64,000 nucleotides of DNA, from positions 171,319 through 235,318 of IMG/VR virus record IMGVR_UViG_3300028864_000014; one strand, 5' to 3'. How positions within the stretch are numbered: the first letter of the stretch is position 1; every line of letters begins with the position of its first letter. Below the pieces are notes generated by a model. That model searched no databases and was not told where the DNA came from. It saw only the letters and a list, made by a program, of their open reading frames with translations. This document shows, piece by piece, positions 1 through 9,311 of the stretch. The position numbers were made by a program, and so were the translations under genes.

Positions 1-1
1 A

Positions 2-142
2 TATGATGACTGTTCAGAATTTAATAGAATATTATCTGATTATGATGAATATCATAATAGTAATTGGGTAGGAGTGTATTATCCTGAAATTGGAAATAAA
101 AGAAACAAAATGAAAACTTTTGATATAAGTAAAATAAAATAA
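2..142 (+). CDS. hypothetical protein, 3' fragment (start outside window)
   Basis: Open frame YDDCSEF...DISKIK* ending TAA 1 nt before next ATG; read by hand. Confidence 0.6.
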   Translation, partial: YDDCSEFNRILSDYDEYHNSNWVGVYYPEIGNKRNKMKTFDISKIK

Positions 143-143
143 G

Positions 144-530
144 ATGATAGAATTAGAAAAATATGAAAGTTCTCTAAGAGAGTGCTTATTAAATGAAACA
201 GGATTACCTTTTAATCAATGGATTCATGAAACCCGTTCTGAATTAGCTCAAGACTCAATTGATAAAGTTAATAGATTTAATAATGAAATTGAATTACACA
301 AAAACGAATTAGTTATTGACTTATCTAAAGTTGTTAGACTTGTTGATGTTGTTGATGGAGTAGAAGATTATTATTGGGTATATGATGAGTGGGTAGGCAT
401 GATGAATAGTAAAATATATGAAGCATCATGTGTAGGTCATCACACGTATTTAAAAGGATTTTTACCTGATGATAAATATAATGAATTAGTTAGAGTTTGG
501 AATTTAAACCAGTCAGAAAAAGCAGTTTAA
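144..530 (+). CDS. hypothetical phage protein
   Basis: 128 aa ORF, operon spacing, genome-typical codon use. Confidence 0.75.
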   Translation: MIELEKYESSLRECLLNETGLPFNQWIHETRSELAQDSIDKVNRFNNEIELHKNELVIDLSKVVRLVDVVDGVEDYYWVYDEWVGMMNSKIYEASCVGHHTYLKGFLPDDKYNELVRVWNLNQSEKAV

Positions 531-563
531 TATTTTTTATAATCAATTTAAATAACTATTTGT

Positions 564-812
564 ATGGATAAATATATTGCATTAGAAATTCCAGAAAAAG
601 ATAATAGTGGACACCGTATTGCTTGGTGGGTACCTGATATGTGCTTAAAAGTAATTGAAATATTAGAAACAGAAAATCCAGATTATGAATTTTTTCAAAT
701 TGTAACTACAGGTAATATTTCATGCAGTAGCAAATTTGCATTGATGAAAATTAAAGATGAAAAAAAAATTAAAAATAAAGAAGTTCAGTTAATTGAAACT
801 GTAAAAAAATAA
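564..812 (+). CDS. hypothetical phage protein
   Basis: 82 aa ORF in operon. Confidence 0.7.
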   Translation: MDKYIALEIPEKDNSGHRIAWWVPDMCLKVIEILETENPDYEFFQIVTTGNISCSSKFALMKIKDEKKIKNKEVQLIETVKK

Positions 813-818
813 ATAAAT

Positions 819-1250
819 ATGATAGACTTATTATGCCTAATAAAAAAGGCAATGCTCGCAAGAAATACATTTGAATTAGGTGTATTAAGATTGATGAAAA
901 CTGAAATAGTTAATTTTGAAAATTCAGTAAATGCTACTAAACTAACAGATTCAGATGAAACAAAAATTATCATAAAAATGATAAAACAACGTAAAGATTC
1001 AGTTGAAAAATATAATGAAGCAAATCGTAATGATTTAGCTATTAAAGAGCAAGAAGAAATTAATTTTTTGAGTAAATTTTTACCAAAAGAATCATCAAAA
1101 GAAGATATTTTAGCATATGTAATTGAAGTTATTTCTAAGGGAGGTGGCAATATGGGCTCTTATATAAAAGAAGTCAAATTGAAATATCCTACATCTGACG
1201 GTAAATTTGTATCAGAAGAAGTTAAGAAAAATATGATAAAAAATTTATAA
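819..1250 (+). CDS. yqeY: GatB/YqeY domain protein
   Basis: IKKAMLARN..ELGVLRLMK, IIIKMIKQRKDSVEKYNEANRNDLAIKEQEEINFLSKFLP, terminal DGKFVS match the YqeY pattern. Confidence 0.9.
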   Translation: MIDLLCLIKKAMLARNTFELGVLRLMKTEIVNFENSVNATKLTDSDETKIIIKMIKQRKDSVEKYNEANRNDLAIKEQEEINFLSKFLPKESSKEDILAYVIEVISKGGGNMGSYIKEVKLKYPTSDGKFVSEEVKKNMIKNL

Positions 1251-1281
1251 TATATAAGTCGAAAATAATGACTTATATAAA

Positions 1282-1476
1282 ATGGATTTAGAAAAAAAAG
1301 GAATGATTTTAAATCAAAATGAAAAATTAGTAATCTTAATAAGAACCAATTTAGAAAGAAATTTTGGATATTGTACATTTTCTCAACCTGATGTTTCATT
1401 ACATGATACAATATGTCCTTGTAAAAATTTTAGATTATATGATAAGTGCTATTGTAATCTTTATGTAAAAAAATAG
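1282..1476 (+). CDS. ferredoxin-thioredoxin reductase catalytic beta-chain-like protein (one Cys lost)
   Basis: LNQNEKLV..I..NLERNFGYC-TF, ICPCKNFR, KCYCNLYVK follows the short FTR-beta CPC/CPC/CHC layout. Confidence 0.7.
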   Translation: MDLEKKGMILNQNEKLVILIRTNLERNFGYCTFSQPDVSLHDTICPCKNFRLYDKCYCNLYVKK

Positions 1477-1503
1477 AAAGTAATTTAATTACTTTCTTTT
1501 TTT
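1475..1503 (+). terminator. intrinsic terminator
   Basis: AGAAAGTAAT-tta-ATTACTTTCT plus T-run after stop. Confidence 0.75.
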
Positions 1504-1534
1504 GTGTATAATTAAATAAATAGCGTTATCTTTG
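1501..1534 (+). promoter_or_regulatory. Bacteroidota-type sigma70 promoter (-33 TTTG / -7 TAnnTTTG)
   Basis: TTTG 1501-04, TATCTTTG 1527-34, 22 nt spacer, 30 nt before ATG. Confidence 0.7.
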
Positions 1535-1563
1535 TATTTATAATAATTATAAATTTATATGAT

Positions 1564-1815
1564 ATGGAAGCAATTTATAATACAAGCGATTATATTGAAA
1601 TGATATTTATGTTTGTGATGATGGTATTATTACTTATTGTTATTAAATATATACATGGAGACTATTCAGCAGAATCAATTGAAGAAATTAGTAAAGATGA
1701 ATTATCAATCACAAATGATAAAGGTGATGTAATAGGAAAAAAGTATATCAATACATATAAATACACATATAAAAATGGTAGTATTAAATATAAAACAAAA
1801 ACTATTAATTTATGA
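1564..1815 (+). CDS. hypothetical membrane protein
   Basis: N-terminal hydrophobic segment MIFMFVMMVLLLIVI. Confidence 0.7.
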   Translation: MEAIYNTSDYIEMIFMFVMMVLLLIVIKYIHGDYSAESIEEISKDELSITNDKGDVIGKKYINTYKYTYKNGSIKYKTKTINL

Positions 1816-2048
1816 TAACATCTCTAACCAATCTAACTAAATTGGATAATATTGCATATGAATTATATACTGATAATTATATTTCTAAAACATATGATCC
1901 TTTATCATTATTTTCGTTTCATTATATTTATTATAAGAAATGTAGTTGGGGAGGAACATCTTATGACGATGTTAAAAAAATTTATGATAACGCAAAAATT
2001 ACAATAAGAAAATTAAAATTAATTGAAATAGAAAATATTAAATTATGA
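1812..2048 (+). CDS. RKxKL-tagged micro-ORF (LDxIAYxLY subfamily)
   Basis: LDNIAYELY; ends IRKLKLIEI. Confidence 0.75.
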   Translation: MITSLTNLTKLDNIAYELYTDNYISKTYDPLSLFSFHYIYYKKCSWGGTSYDDVKKIYDNAKITIRKLKLIEIENIKL

Positions 2049-2281
2049 TAACATCAAATAAATTAGACGATATTGCATATAAATTATATATGAATAGAAT
2101 TGATTTTGATTGCGTATATAATTCAATGAGTAAAAATGAATTTAAAAATATTCTTTATGATAAAAAATTTGACATTGATTATTATAACAGAGAAAGAACT
2201 GTTATAAAAAGTTTTTATTATAAAGCTAATATTATTTTAAGAAAAGAAAAACTTATAGAAATATCAAAAAATATAAAATGA
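2045..2281 (+). CDS. RKxKL-tagged micro-ORF (LDxIAYxLY subfamily)
   Basis: LDDIAYKLY; ends LRKEKLIEI; tandem paralog of previous. Confidence 0.75.
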   Translation: MITSNKLDDIAYKLYMNRIDFDCVYNSMSKNEFKNILYDKKFDIDYYNRERTVIKSFYYKANIILRKEKLIEISKNIK

Positions 2282-2526
2282 TATATCTTGATGATGTTAT
2301 ACATTATGTCAAACATAATAAAGTTCGTTTAGATATTGTATCTGATTATAAACATATTTATGATTATGATTTTCACATAGAAGAAAATACTGAAGTTTCA
2401 GTGTATTTACATTTAAATAAAAAACAATACGGCGGTGAAGTTTGTTATATTAAAATTATTAAAATTAAATTATCAGATATAATATCTCAAATAAGAAAAG
2501 AAAAACTCAAAAAAATAAAATCATGA
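2278..2526 (+). CDS. RKxKL-tagged micro-ORF
   Basis: ends IRKEKLKKI. Confidence 0.75.
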   Translation: MIYLDDVIHYVKHNKVRLDIVSDYKHIYDYDFHIEENTEVSVYLHLNKKQYGGEVCYIKIIKIKLSDIISQIRKEKLKKIKS

Positions 2527-2717
2527 CAATCTTTAAAGGAATAAAAATAAAAATATCAGAAACCACAAGTTATCCAACTCCTTATGGATATGAGTATAAC
2601 GCAAAGGGTTGTTATGTAAATAAAAAATTCTTAATTGTTGTTGGACATTTAGAACAAGACAACACAATAAGAATTAAATATCCAATGAAAGATATTATAA
2701 ATATAGAAATTATATAG
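2523..2717 (+). CDS. hypothetical protein
   Basis: 64 aa, ATGA overlap with previous. Confidence 0.7.
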   Translation: MTIFKGIKIKISETTSYPTPYGYEYNAKGCYVNKKFLIVVGHLEQDNTIRIKYPMKDIINIEII

Positions 2718-2722
2718 TAATC

Positions 2723-2872
2723 ATGAAAACAAATAAGCAAAACACAGAAACCGTAAATGGTTTATCATTTAGACATGCTGCACAAATTGTCAGACGTAAA
2801 ATGATGACTAAGACTTATACCGAAAAAAATGAATACAACAGGAAAGATAAATCTTGGAAAAATTTACTTTAA
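2723..2872 (+). CDS. small basic protein (49 aa)
   Basis: Hand-read: MKTNKQ...VRRKMMTKTYTEKNEYNRKDKSWKNLL*. Confidence 0.65.
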   Translation: MKTNKQNTETVNGLSFRHAAQIVRRKMMTKTYTEKNEYNRKDKSWKNLL

Positions 2873-2930
2873 TAAATTGTAAAAAAAGTTAAATAGCTGA
2901 TTTATTTATATATAAATCAGCTATTTTTAT

Positions 2931-2938
2931 TACCTTTG
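2931..2938 (+). promoter_or_regulatory. -7 element of Bacteroidota-type promoter
   Basis: TACCTTTG directly after an AATAGCTGATTT/AAATCAGCTATT hairpin. Confidence 0.6.
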
Positions 2939-2965
2939 CACTTGATAATTAAACATTCAAATATT

Positions 2966-3697
2966 ATGGAAGATAACAAAATTTACTGTCCTGTTTGTGG
3001 TTCTGAGTTAAAAGTTACTCATCGTGATAATTATGAAGATATTCAAGATCATGTATCATGTGATGGCGGAACTCCATCTCTAAAAGATGGTTATCAATGT
3101 GTAAATAAAAAATGTTTAGCATCTGAATATGGTTTGACTTGGATTCAAGATGGTGATTTATATACTAACAGAGATTTTTTTCCACCTGATGTTACTTATT
3201 CAATGGTTAATTCAAGAATAAAAGAATTGTGCGAAAATGGTAATACATTTGCAAAAAATTCATGGAATTACTATTACAAAAAAGGCTGTGATGCTGTAAA
3301 AAAGAGAACTATTATAATTAATATTTTTAAATATAAAATTGATATTATTCCAAAAAGATATGGATATAAATATCCAAATAATAAACGTGAAATGCCAAGA
3401 TTAATTGGTTGGAAATTTGAATTTTGGAAGAAAACTGGAGATTATAGCTATAGTTGTATTGTTCCAATACACACAATGGTAAAGCACGATATCAGTACTT
3501 TTAAAAATGCAATAAAAAGATTAAAGAAAAGTGAAAACCCACTTAATATGAAATCTGATATTGATGAAGTTATAAATAAAATTAAAGGTAATAATCATTG
3601 GGGACAACCAGATGAAAGAAATTATGCTAAGATATCATCGTTTATTATAAACATTTTTTATAAGAAAGAAATTAATTTTATTTTAAATTTAAAATAA
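2966..3697 (+). CDS. hypothetical protein with N-terminal CxxC
   Basis: YCPVCGS...CVNKKC; start moved from TTG 2936 (inside promoter) to ATG 2966. Confidence 0.75.
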   Translation: MEDNKIYCPVCGSELKVTHRDNYEDIQDHVSCDGGTPSLKDGYQCVNKKCLASEYGLTWIQDGDLYTNRDFFPPDVTYSMVNSRIKELCENGNTFAKNSWNYYYKKGCDAVKKRTIIINIFKYKIDIIPKRYGYKYPNNKREMPRLIGWKFEFWKKTGDYSYSCIVPIHTMVKHDISTFKNAIKRLKKSENPLNMKSDIDEVINKIKGNNHWGQPDERNYAKISSFIINIFYKKEINFILNLK

Positions 3698-3712
3698 ACT
3701 TCATTGTTATAT

Positions 3713-3722
3713 TTTATATATA
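3713..3722 (+). promoter_or_regulatory. putative late promoter TTWATATATA
   Basis: TTTATATATA 22 nt before ATG 3745; same motif precedes structural genes. Confidence 0.5.
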
Positions 3723-3744
3723 AATCTAAACAAATAAAATATAC

Positions 3745-4233
3745 ATGACAAAATTTGAAAAAAGATTAGACACGTCTTTAACTATATTGAACTCATATGT
3801 GTCATCAGGTAAAATATCAATAAATTCAACGAATGAGGTTATTGATGATTATGTAGTATTTTCAGTTAAACTTGCTGATAGACTTATTAATGAATTGACA
3901 ATATTGAATCCATATAAAGAACCTGTGATAATTAATGATAAATTTGATTATTATGATTTAGGAAATATAGAAGTTGATAGAATAATGGAGCTACCTTATG
4001 TTAATTCAGTGGTTATAAATTTAAAAGAAGAAATATTAAAACCAAATCTTAACATCAAAGAAAAATTTAAAGAAGACTATTATAGTCATTTAAATGCTCT
4101 ATTTTTGAATGTTCTTCTTAATAGATTGAATAGTTATCCAAATTATGAAAGTGCTGAAAATAGAGCATTAGACGCAAGAAAAGCTACTTCTGATATTATA
4201 CAAGATATTAGAGCGAAAATACAAAATAACTAA
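3745..4233 (+). CDS. hypothetical protein
   Basis: 162 aa ORF. Confidence 0.75.
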   Translation: MTKFEKRLDTSLTILNSYVSSGKISINSTNEVIDDYVVFSVKLADRLINELTILNPYKEPVIINDKFDYYDLGNIEVDRIMELPYVNSVVINLKEEILKPNLNIKEKFKEDYYSHLNALFLNVLLNRLNSYPNYESAENRALDARKATSDIIQDIRAKIQNN

Positions 4234-4250
4234 TTTAAATATTATTCTTA

Positions 4251-5033
4251 ATGATAAAAAAATTTGATAAATTTAATGATAATTCATATTTAGATTATTT
4301 TACATATCTATATGAACTTGCTCCAAAAGAATTGAAAGATTTAATTGATGCAACAAAAGGAGTTAATCAAAGTGAATTGTGGCACAGTGAAGGTGACGCA
4401 TACACTCATATCAGATTAGTTGTTAATCGCTTACATGATAAGTATCATGATATAAATTTAGATTTAGCAGGATTATATCATGATTTAGGAAAAGCTAGTA
4501 CTACTGAGTGGAGTGAGGAAAAAAATTCGTGGATTTCACCTGGACATGAATATGTTTCTTGTGAAATGTTAGATGATCAATCAAATTTTGTTAAAGAAAT
4601 GGGAGGAGATTATAAATTAATTTATTATATAGTTGAGAATCATATGAAAATTAAATATTTAGATAACTTTAGAATACAAAATAAAATTGATATTCTAAAT
4701 CATAAATATTTTAATGACTTGATGAAATTTGACACAGCAGATTTTGGCGGAACAGACTTGAATTGTAAGTCTGTTCGAGATTTGTCTAATATCAGAATAG
4801 AAATAAAAGAATATGATGAAATTGAACTTGAGAATAAAGAAATTTCTAAAAAGTTCAATGGAAATATAATAATGAATAACTATCCAGAATTAAAAGGTAA
4901 AGAGTTAGGAAACAAAATGACAAAATTTAAAGAATATATTTCAAATAAATTTAATACTAATCTTAGAATTTTTATTTTAAAAAATCATTCTAGCGATATT
5001 ATGAATGAATTTGATATATTTATGAAAAATTAA
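4251..5033 (+). CDS. HD-domain phosphohydrolase (CCA-enzyme-type HD region, no nucleotidyltransferase domain)
   Basis: QSELWHSEGDAYTH, LAGLYHDLGK, PGHEYVS, IVENHM, KGKELG. Confidence 0.8.
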   Translation: MIKKFDKFNDNSYLDYFTYLYELAPKELKDLIDATKGVNQSELWHSEGDAYTHIRLVVNRLHDKYHDINLDLAGLYHDLGKASTTEWSEEKNSWISPGHEYVSCEMLDDQSNFVKEMGGDYKLIYYIVENHMKIKYLDNFRIQNKIDILNHKYFNDLMKFDTADFGGTDLNCKSVRDLSNIRIEIKEYDEIELENKEISKKFNGNIIMNNYPELKGKELGNKMTKFKEYISNKFNTNLRIFILKNHSSDIMNEFDIFMKN

Positions 5034-5056
5034 AATTGAATATTTAACTATAAAAC

Positions 5057-5089
5057 AAACCAAATGATTGTATAATCATTTGGTTTTTT
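5057..5089 (+). terminator. intrinsic terminator
   Basis: AAACCAAATGATT-gtat-AATCATTTGGTTT plus T-run. Confidence 0.8.
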
Positions 5090-5110
5090 CATTTATTTTT
5101 CATATATTTG
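5079..5110 (+). promoter_or_regulatory. Bacteroidota-type sigma70 promoter
   Basis: TTTG-N20-TATATTTG, exact consensus spacing. Confidence 0.75.
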
Positions 5111-5128
5111 TATAAATATAAAATATAA

Positions 5129-5296
5129 ATGGAGTCACATATAATTATACCAATAAGAGAAATTAAAGATAGAATGGCTCAAATAGAAAGTCAGATAGAG
5201 GTATTTAAACCCGATAGTGTATATTCATATGCATTATCTAAAATGCACTCATTATTGACAGAATTATTAGATACATCAAAAAAAATTGATTTATGA
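5129..5296 (+). CDS. hypothetical protein (55 aa)
   Basis: Hand-read ORF after promoter, ATGA-coupled to next. Confidence 0.65.
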   Translation: MESHIIIPIREIKDRMAQIESQIEVFKPDSVYSYALSKMHSLLTELLDTSKKIDL

Positions 5297-5754
5297 AACT
5301 TACAAAATATACAATTGAATATATGCCATTGTATTGTAATGGTAATGACTTTAATGCTCCTTTATCTTATAGATTAAAGCTTGTGATATCAGGTGATGAA
5401 TTATTTTTAATAAAAGAATATTTTAAGTCTGGATTTAATGATAGTGAATGTTGGGATGATTGGTGGATTTGTAAAGGTTATCATTATATAAATTGGGTTT
5501 CTATTATAACTAGAAATTTTGATGAAAAGTATTTAAAAGAATTAGAAATTAAGATATTTGAAATGTTTTATGATGCATCAGAAAAAATGATAGCTGAAAT
5601 AAATGAAGAACTGTTAAAATCTATTACTACAATGAATAAACAATTATCTAAGCAAAAAGAAATATCAAAGTTTGCTGATACATTCAATAGAAGAAGAAAA
5701 TTAAAAAATATAAATAAAATAGATAAATATGAAAGTGATGCAAGTATCGTTTGA
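5293..5754 (+). CDS. hypothetical protein with RKxKL-like motif near C-terminus
   Basis: NRRRKLKNI. Confidence 0.75.
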   Translation: MKLTKYTIEYMPLYCNGNDFNAPLSYRLKLVISGDELFLIKEYFKSGFNDSECWDDWWICKGYHYINWVSIITRNFDEKYLKELEIKIFEMFYDASEKMIAEINEELLKSITTMNKQLSKQKEISKFADTFNRRRKLKNINKIDKYESDASIV

Positions 5755-5941
5755 TACATCAATAATAACAGTAATTATTGATGACAACGAAAGTTTAATA
5801 AATATATTAAAAGAAGAAGATGACTCATTCAAAGAAATTGGAAATAAAATTTGTTATGAGTATGAAACAGATTACAATGAAGAATGTGTAGTTAATGATG
5901 TAACAAATAAAAGAGGAATTATTCAATTTGAGAGTCATTAA
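5729..5941 (+). CDS. hypothetical acidic protein
   Basis: 70 aa ORF in operon. Confidence 0.7.
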   Translation: MKVMQVSFDTSIITVIIDDNESLINILKEEDDSFKEIGNKICYEYETDYNEECVVNDVTNKRGIIQFESH

Positions 5942-6439
<498 letters not shown>

Positions 6440-6451
6440 TTATATTAAAAG

Positions 6452-6646
6452 ATGAAAACTGTACTACAGATAATATTATTAGTATTAATCATATTATATA
6501 TGATTTTTAGTTCTATAAACTTTTGTGACGGATATTCAAAAGAATCCATATCACAATTCAAATCAGAAAGAAATTCAAAATTAATATCAGCAACAATACT
6601 CATTATTATACTTTACTTTTGTGGTACATTTAGTAATATATTTTAA
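6452..6646 (+). CDS. small two-TM membrane protein
   Basis: two hydrophobic segments. Confidence 0.7.
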   Translation: MKTVLQIILLVLIILYMIFSSINFCDGYSKESISQFKSERNSKLISATILIIILYFCGTFSNIF

Positions 6647-6672
6647 TAAACTTTATAATAATATATCTATAA

Positions 6673-6942
6673 ATGAAGGATGAAAAATTAATTTATAAAG
6701 AAACTGAAATATTAAATTATATTAGAAGTTATTGTAAAATAAAATATTATAGTACTACAAATTCAACGGATGAAAGAATACAGGTAGATTATAATCTCTA
6801 TTATTCAATGTATTATGATATAGAAACTGAAGGATTAATAAGATTCTATTATGGATATAAAGTTGATTTTATTGATTTATCAATAGAATTTAAGAAATAT
6901 CAAAGAAAAACAAAATTAGAAAATTTAAATAAAATATTATGA
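6673..6942 (+). CDS. RKxKL-tagged micro-ORF
   Basis: ends QRKTKLENL. Confidence 0.75.
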   Translation: MKDEKLIYKETEILNYIRSYCKIKYYSTTNSTDERIQVDYNLYYSMYYDIETEGLIRFYYGYKVDFIDLSIEFKKYQRKTKLENLNKIL

Positions 6943-7208
6943 ACAAAGAATTATTGACCAAATTTATAGAAAAAAAGACAGGACTTAATATTAAAGAAAT
7001 ATCAAGTGTAGTATTAAAAGATACAGATGATGAATATGGCTGTATAGGAGAGCATTATGTTGTTGATTGTACAACTCAAAGTGATAACTATTTCATAGGT
7101 AATGATAATGAAATTGAAACTGAAATATATAAAAAAAAATGCTTAATTAGAGTAGATGAATATGATAGATATTTAAGCTCAATTAATTCTATAATTTGGC
7201 TAATCTAA
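6939..7208 (+). CDS. hypothetical protein
   Basis: 89 aa, coupled. Confidence 0.7.
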   Translation: MNKELLTKFIEKKTGLNIKEISSVVLKDTDDEYGCIGEHYVVDCTTQSDNYFIGNDNEIETEIYKKKCLIRVDEYDRYLSSINSIIWLI

Positions 7209-7212
7209 AATA

Positions 7213-7458
7213 ATGGAACATTTAAAAGTTAGTGATAATTTAAAAATAGGTGATAAAATAATCATTTTAAATATAGAAGGAACAAGTTTAATTTATGGTC
7301 AATCTTGTACAATAATTGAGCCTTATCACAGAAGAATTGGATTAATAAGAATAAAAGAATTTCCTGATTTAACTTTATTTATAAGTAGGTTTTCTGATAT
7401 CAAAGTAGTCAGAAAATATAAATTAGAAAAAATAAATAAATATGCCATCAAAAAGTAA
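7213..7458 (+). CDS. RKxKL-tagged micro-ORF (IGDKV, SH3/KOW-like subfamily)
   Basis: LKIGDKIII...SRF..VRKYKLEKI. Confidence 0.75.
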   Translation: MEHLKVSDNLKIGDKIIILNIEGTSLIYGQSCTIIEPYHRRIGLIRIKEFPDLTLFISRFSDIKVVRKYKLEKINKYAIKK

Positions 7459-7621
7459 ATATTTGCCTGATTATTGGAGTAATGGTAATAATAAAGCGAC
7501 TGAAGTATATGAAATAATAAAAAATTCTTCAAATGAAGAAATAGTAGAAGTTTTGAATATGTTTGATATTAAAGATATAGAGAAATTTTTAAGAAATAAA
7601 AAATTAAAAAAATTAAAATGA
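7442..7621 (+). CDS. RKxKL-tagged micro-ORF (DIKDIEK subfamily)
   Basis: Hand-read 59 aa, ends FDIKDIEKFLRNKKLKKLK. Confidence 0.7.
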   Translation: MPSKSKYLPDYWSNGNNKATEVYEIIKNSSNEEIVEVLNMFDIKDIEKFLRNKKLKKLK

Positions 7622-7836
7622 GAGAAATATCAAGAGTTTCTATGTCAGAATCAGAATTATATTCAACTATATCAAGAGCCATTAATTATGACATTGTTGG
7701 AGAAATACCAATTAGAATTGATAATCTTATTAAATATGCATCAAAAGAAGATATAAATGATTCTTTAGAAAAATTTGAAATTAAAGATATTGAGAAATTT
7801 TTAAGAACTAAGAAATTGAAAAATTTAAATAAATAA
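7618..7836 (+). CDS. RKxKL-tagged micro-ORF (DIKDIEK subfamily)
   Basis: FEIKDIEKFLRTKKLKNL. Confidence 0.75.
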   Translation: MREISRVSMSESELYSTISRAINYDIVGEIPIRIDNLIKYASKEDINDSLEKFEIKDIEKFLRTKKLKNLNK

Positions 7837-7838
7837 TT

Positions 7839-8045
7839 ATGTCATTTATGTCATTTGGAATTACAAATTCAATTAGAGATTCAATTAGAGATTATCTGAA
7901 TGTTCATGAAGTCTCAGATAAAATTGGAGTACTTATTGAAAATTTATCAAAAGAAGAAATTAATAATTCTTTAGATAAATTTGATATTAAGGACATTGAA
8001 AAATATTTAAGAAACAAGAAGTTAAATAAATTATTAAATGACTAA
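7839..8045 (+). CDS. RKxKL-tagged micro-ORF (DIKDIEK subfamily)
   Basis: FDIKDIEKYLRNKKLNKL. Confidence 0.75.
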   Translation: MSFMSFGITNSIRDSIRDYLNVHEVSDKIGVLIENLSKEEINNSLDKFDIKDIEKYLRNKKLNKLLND

Positions 8046-8304
8046 TTATAAAGGATATAAAGGTTATGGAAATTATGACTATACTATAGGAGTATGGAAT
8101 TTAGAAGATAATGATTTATATAATATATCATATCAGCTATATTTATTTTCTGACGGAAATGAGAATTATGTGAATATATCTTATGATCAAAATATATTTA
8201 TTAACATGATTGAAATTGGTGATCCTTATTGTAATAAATTTTTAAAAATCGCAAAATCATTAATAAGAAAAGAAAAATTAAATATTATAAATAACTTAAT
8301 ATGA
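8038..8304 (+). CDS. RKxKL-tagged micro-ORF
   Basis: ends IRKEKLNII. Confidence 0.75.
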   Translation: MTNYKGYKGYGNYDYTIGVWNLEDNDLYNISYQLYLFSDGNENYVNISYDQNIFINMIEIGDPYCNKFLKIAKSLIRKEKLNIINNLI

Positions 8305-8540
8305 CAATTCAATTAGAATATGATATTGATAAAATTGCATATGGATTATATTTGATATATTGTAAAAAAAACCAAAATTGGGGTCCAACATTTATATTTG
8401 AGGATTATGTATATATCAAATCACAGATGAAAAATTATACTTCTGAATATGATAAAAAAATAATAGTCGATAACTATAATAAAGCTAATATAATTTTAAG
8501 AAAAATGAAATTAGAAAAATTAGAAAATGATAATAGATAA
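8301..8540 (+). CDS. RKxKL-tagged micro-ORF (DxIAYxLY subfamily)
   Basis: IDKIAYGLY; LRKMKLEKL. Confidence 0.75.
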   Translation: MTIQLEYDIDKIAYGLYLIYCKKNQNWGPTFIFEDYVYIKSQMKNYTSEYDKKIIVDNYNKANIILRKMKLEKLENDNR

Positions 8541-8775
8541 GACAAAAGGTAATTGGTGCAAAGAAGGTGAATCTGATTATATAGATGACATAGCTTTTCA
8601 ATTATATCTAAATTATTATTATAAAGAATATGGAGATTTTAATGATGATTCTCCTCAGAATAATTTTAAAACAGTAAGATATACTCATAATAGCCCGTGG
8701 TATTCATTTTATATTAAATCATTTAAAAATTTAAGAATTGAAAAATTAAAAAAATTAGAAAATGTTAATAGATAA
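8527..8775 (+). CDS. RKxKL-tagged micro-ORF (IDKxxGxW / DDIAFQLY subfamily)
   Basis: IDKTKGNW, DDIAFQLY, LRIEKLKKL. Confidence 0.75.
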   Translation: MIIDKTKGNWCKEGESDYIDDIAFQLYLNYYYKEYGDFNDDSPQNNFKTVRYTHNSPWYSFYIKSFKNLRIEKLKKLENVNR

Positions 8776-9025
8776 AACAATAGGATATTGGTGTCAAAAC
8801 AATGAGTCTGATTGTGTAGATGATATTGCTTTTCAATTATATCTAAATTGTCATTTTGATATATATGGTTCAGTCTCTACTTCTGACCAAAATGACTTTA
8901 TGTGTTTAAGATATTATCATTCTATTTACTATTTATCTGGTTTTTATGAAAAAGCATTTAAAATTTCAAAAAATTTAATAAGAAAAGAAAAATTGAAAAA
9001 GTTGAAATATGAAATCAGTGCATGA
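8762..9025 (+). CDS. RKxKL-tagged micro-ORF (IDKxxGxW / DDIAFQLY subfamily)
   Basis: IDKTIGYW, DDIAFQLY, IRKEKLKKL. Confidence 0.75.
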   Translation: MLIDKTIGYWCQNNESDCVDDIAFQLYLNCHFDIYGSVSTSDQNDFMCLRYYHSIYYLSGFYEKAFKISKNLIRKEKLKKLKYEISA

Positions 9026-9311
9026 AATTGAATATTCAAATATTCACATAGATAAATCAATAGGAAGATGGTCTAAAGATATTCTTTATTCTGAACTTGA
9101 AGATGTGTTTTATCAGATATACGTTCATTGGTATTATAATGAATATATTATTGAAAATGATTCTGAAAATCCTTTATTGTCTCAAACATATTTCATGTCT
9201 TATATGAATACTATTAAAGAAACTAAGAATCACCATTCTTATGATGATTATTATAATAAAGCAACTCACATATTACGAAAAATAAAATTAGAAAAATTGA
9301 AAAATGAATAG
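9009..9311 (+). CDS. RKxKL-tagged micro-ORF (IDKxxGxW subfamily)
   Basis: IDKSIGRW, EDVFYQIY, LRKIKLEKL. Confidence 0.75.
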   Translation: MKSVHEIEYSNIHIDKSIGRWSKDILYSELEDVFYQIYVHWYYNEYIIENDSENPLLSQTYFMSYMNTIKETKNHHSYDDYYNKATHILRKIKLEKLKNE

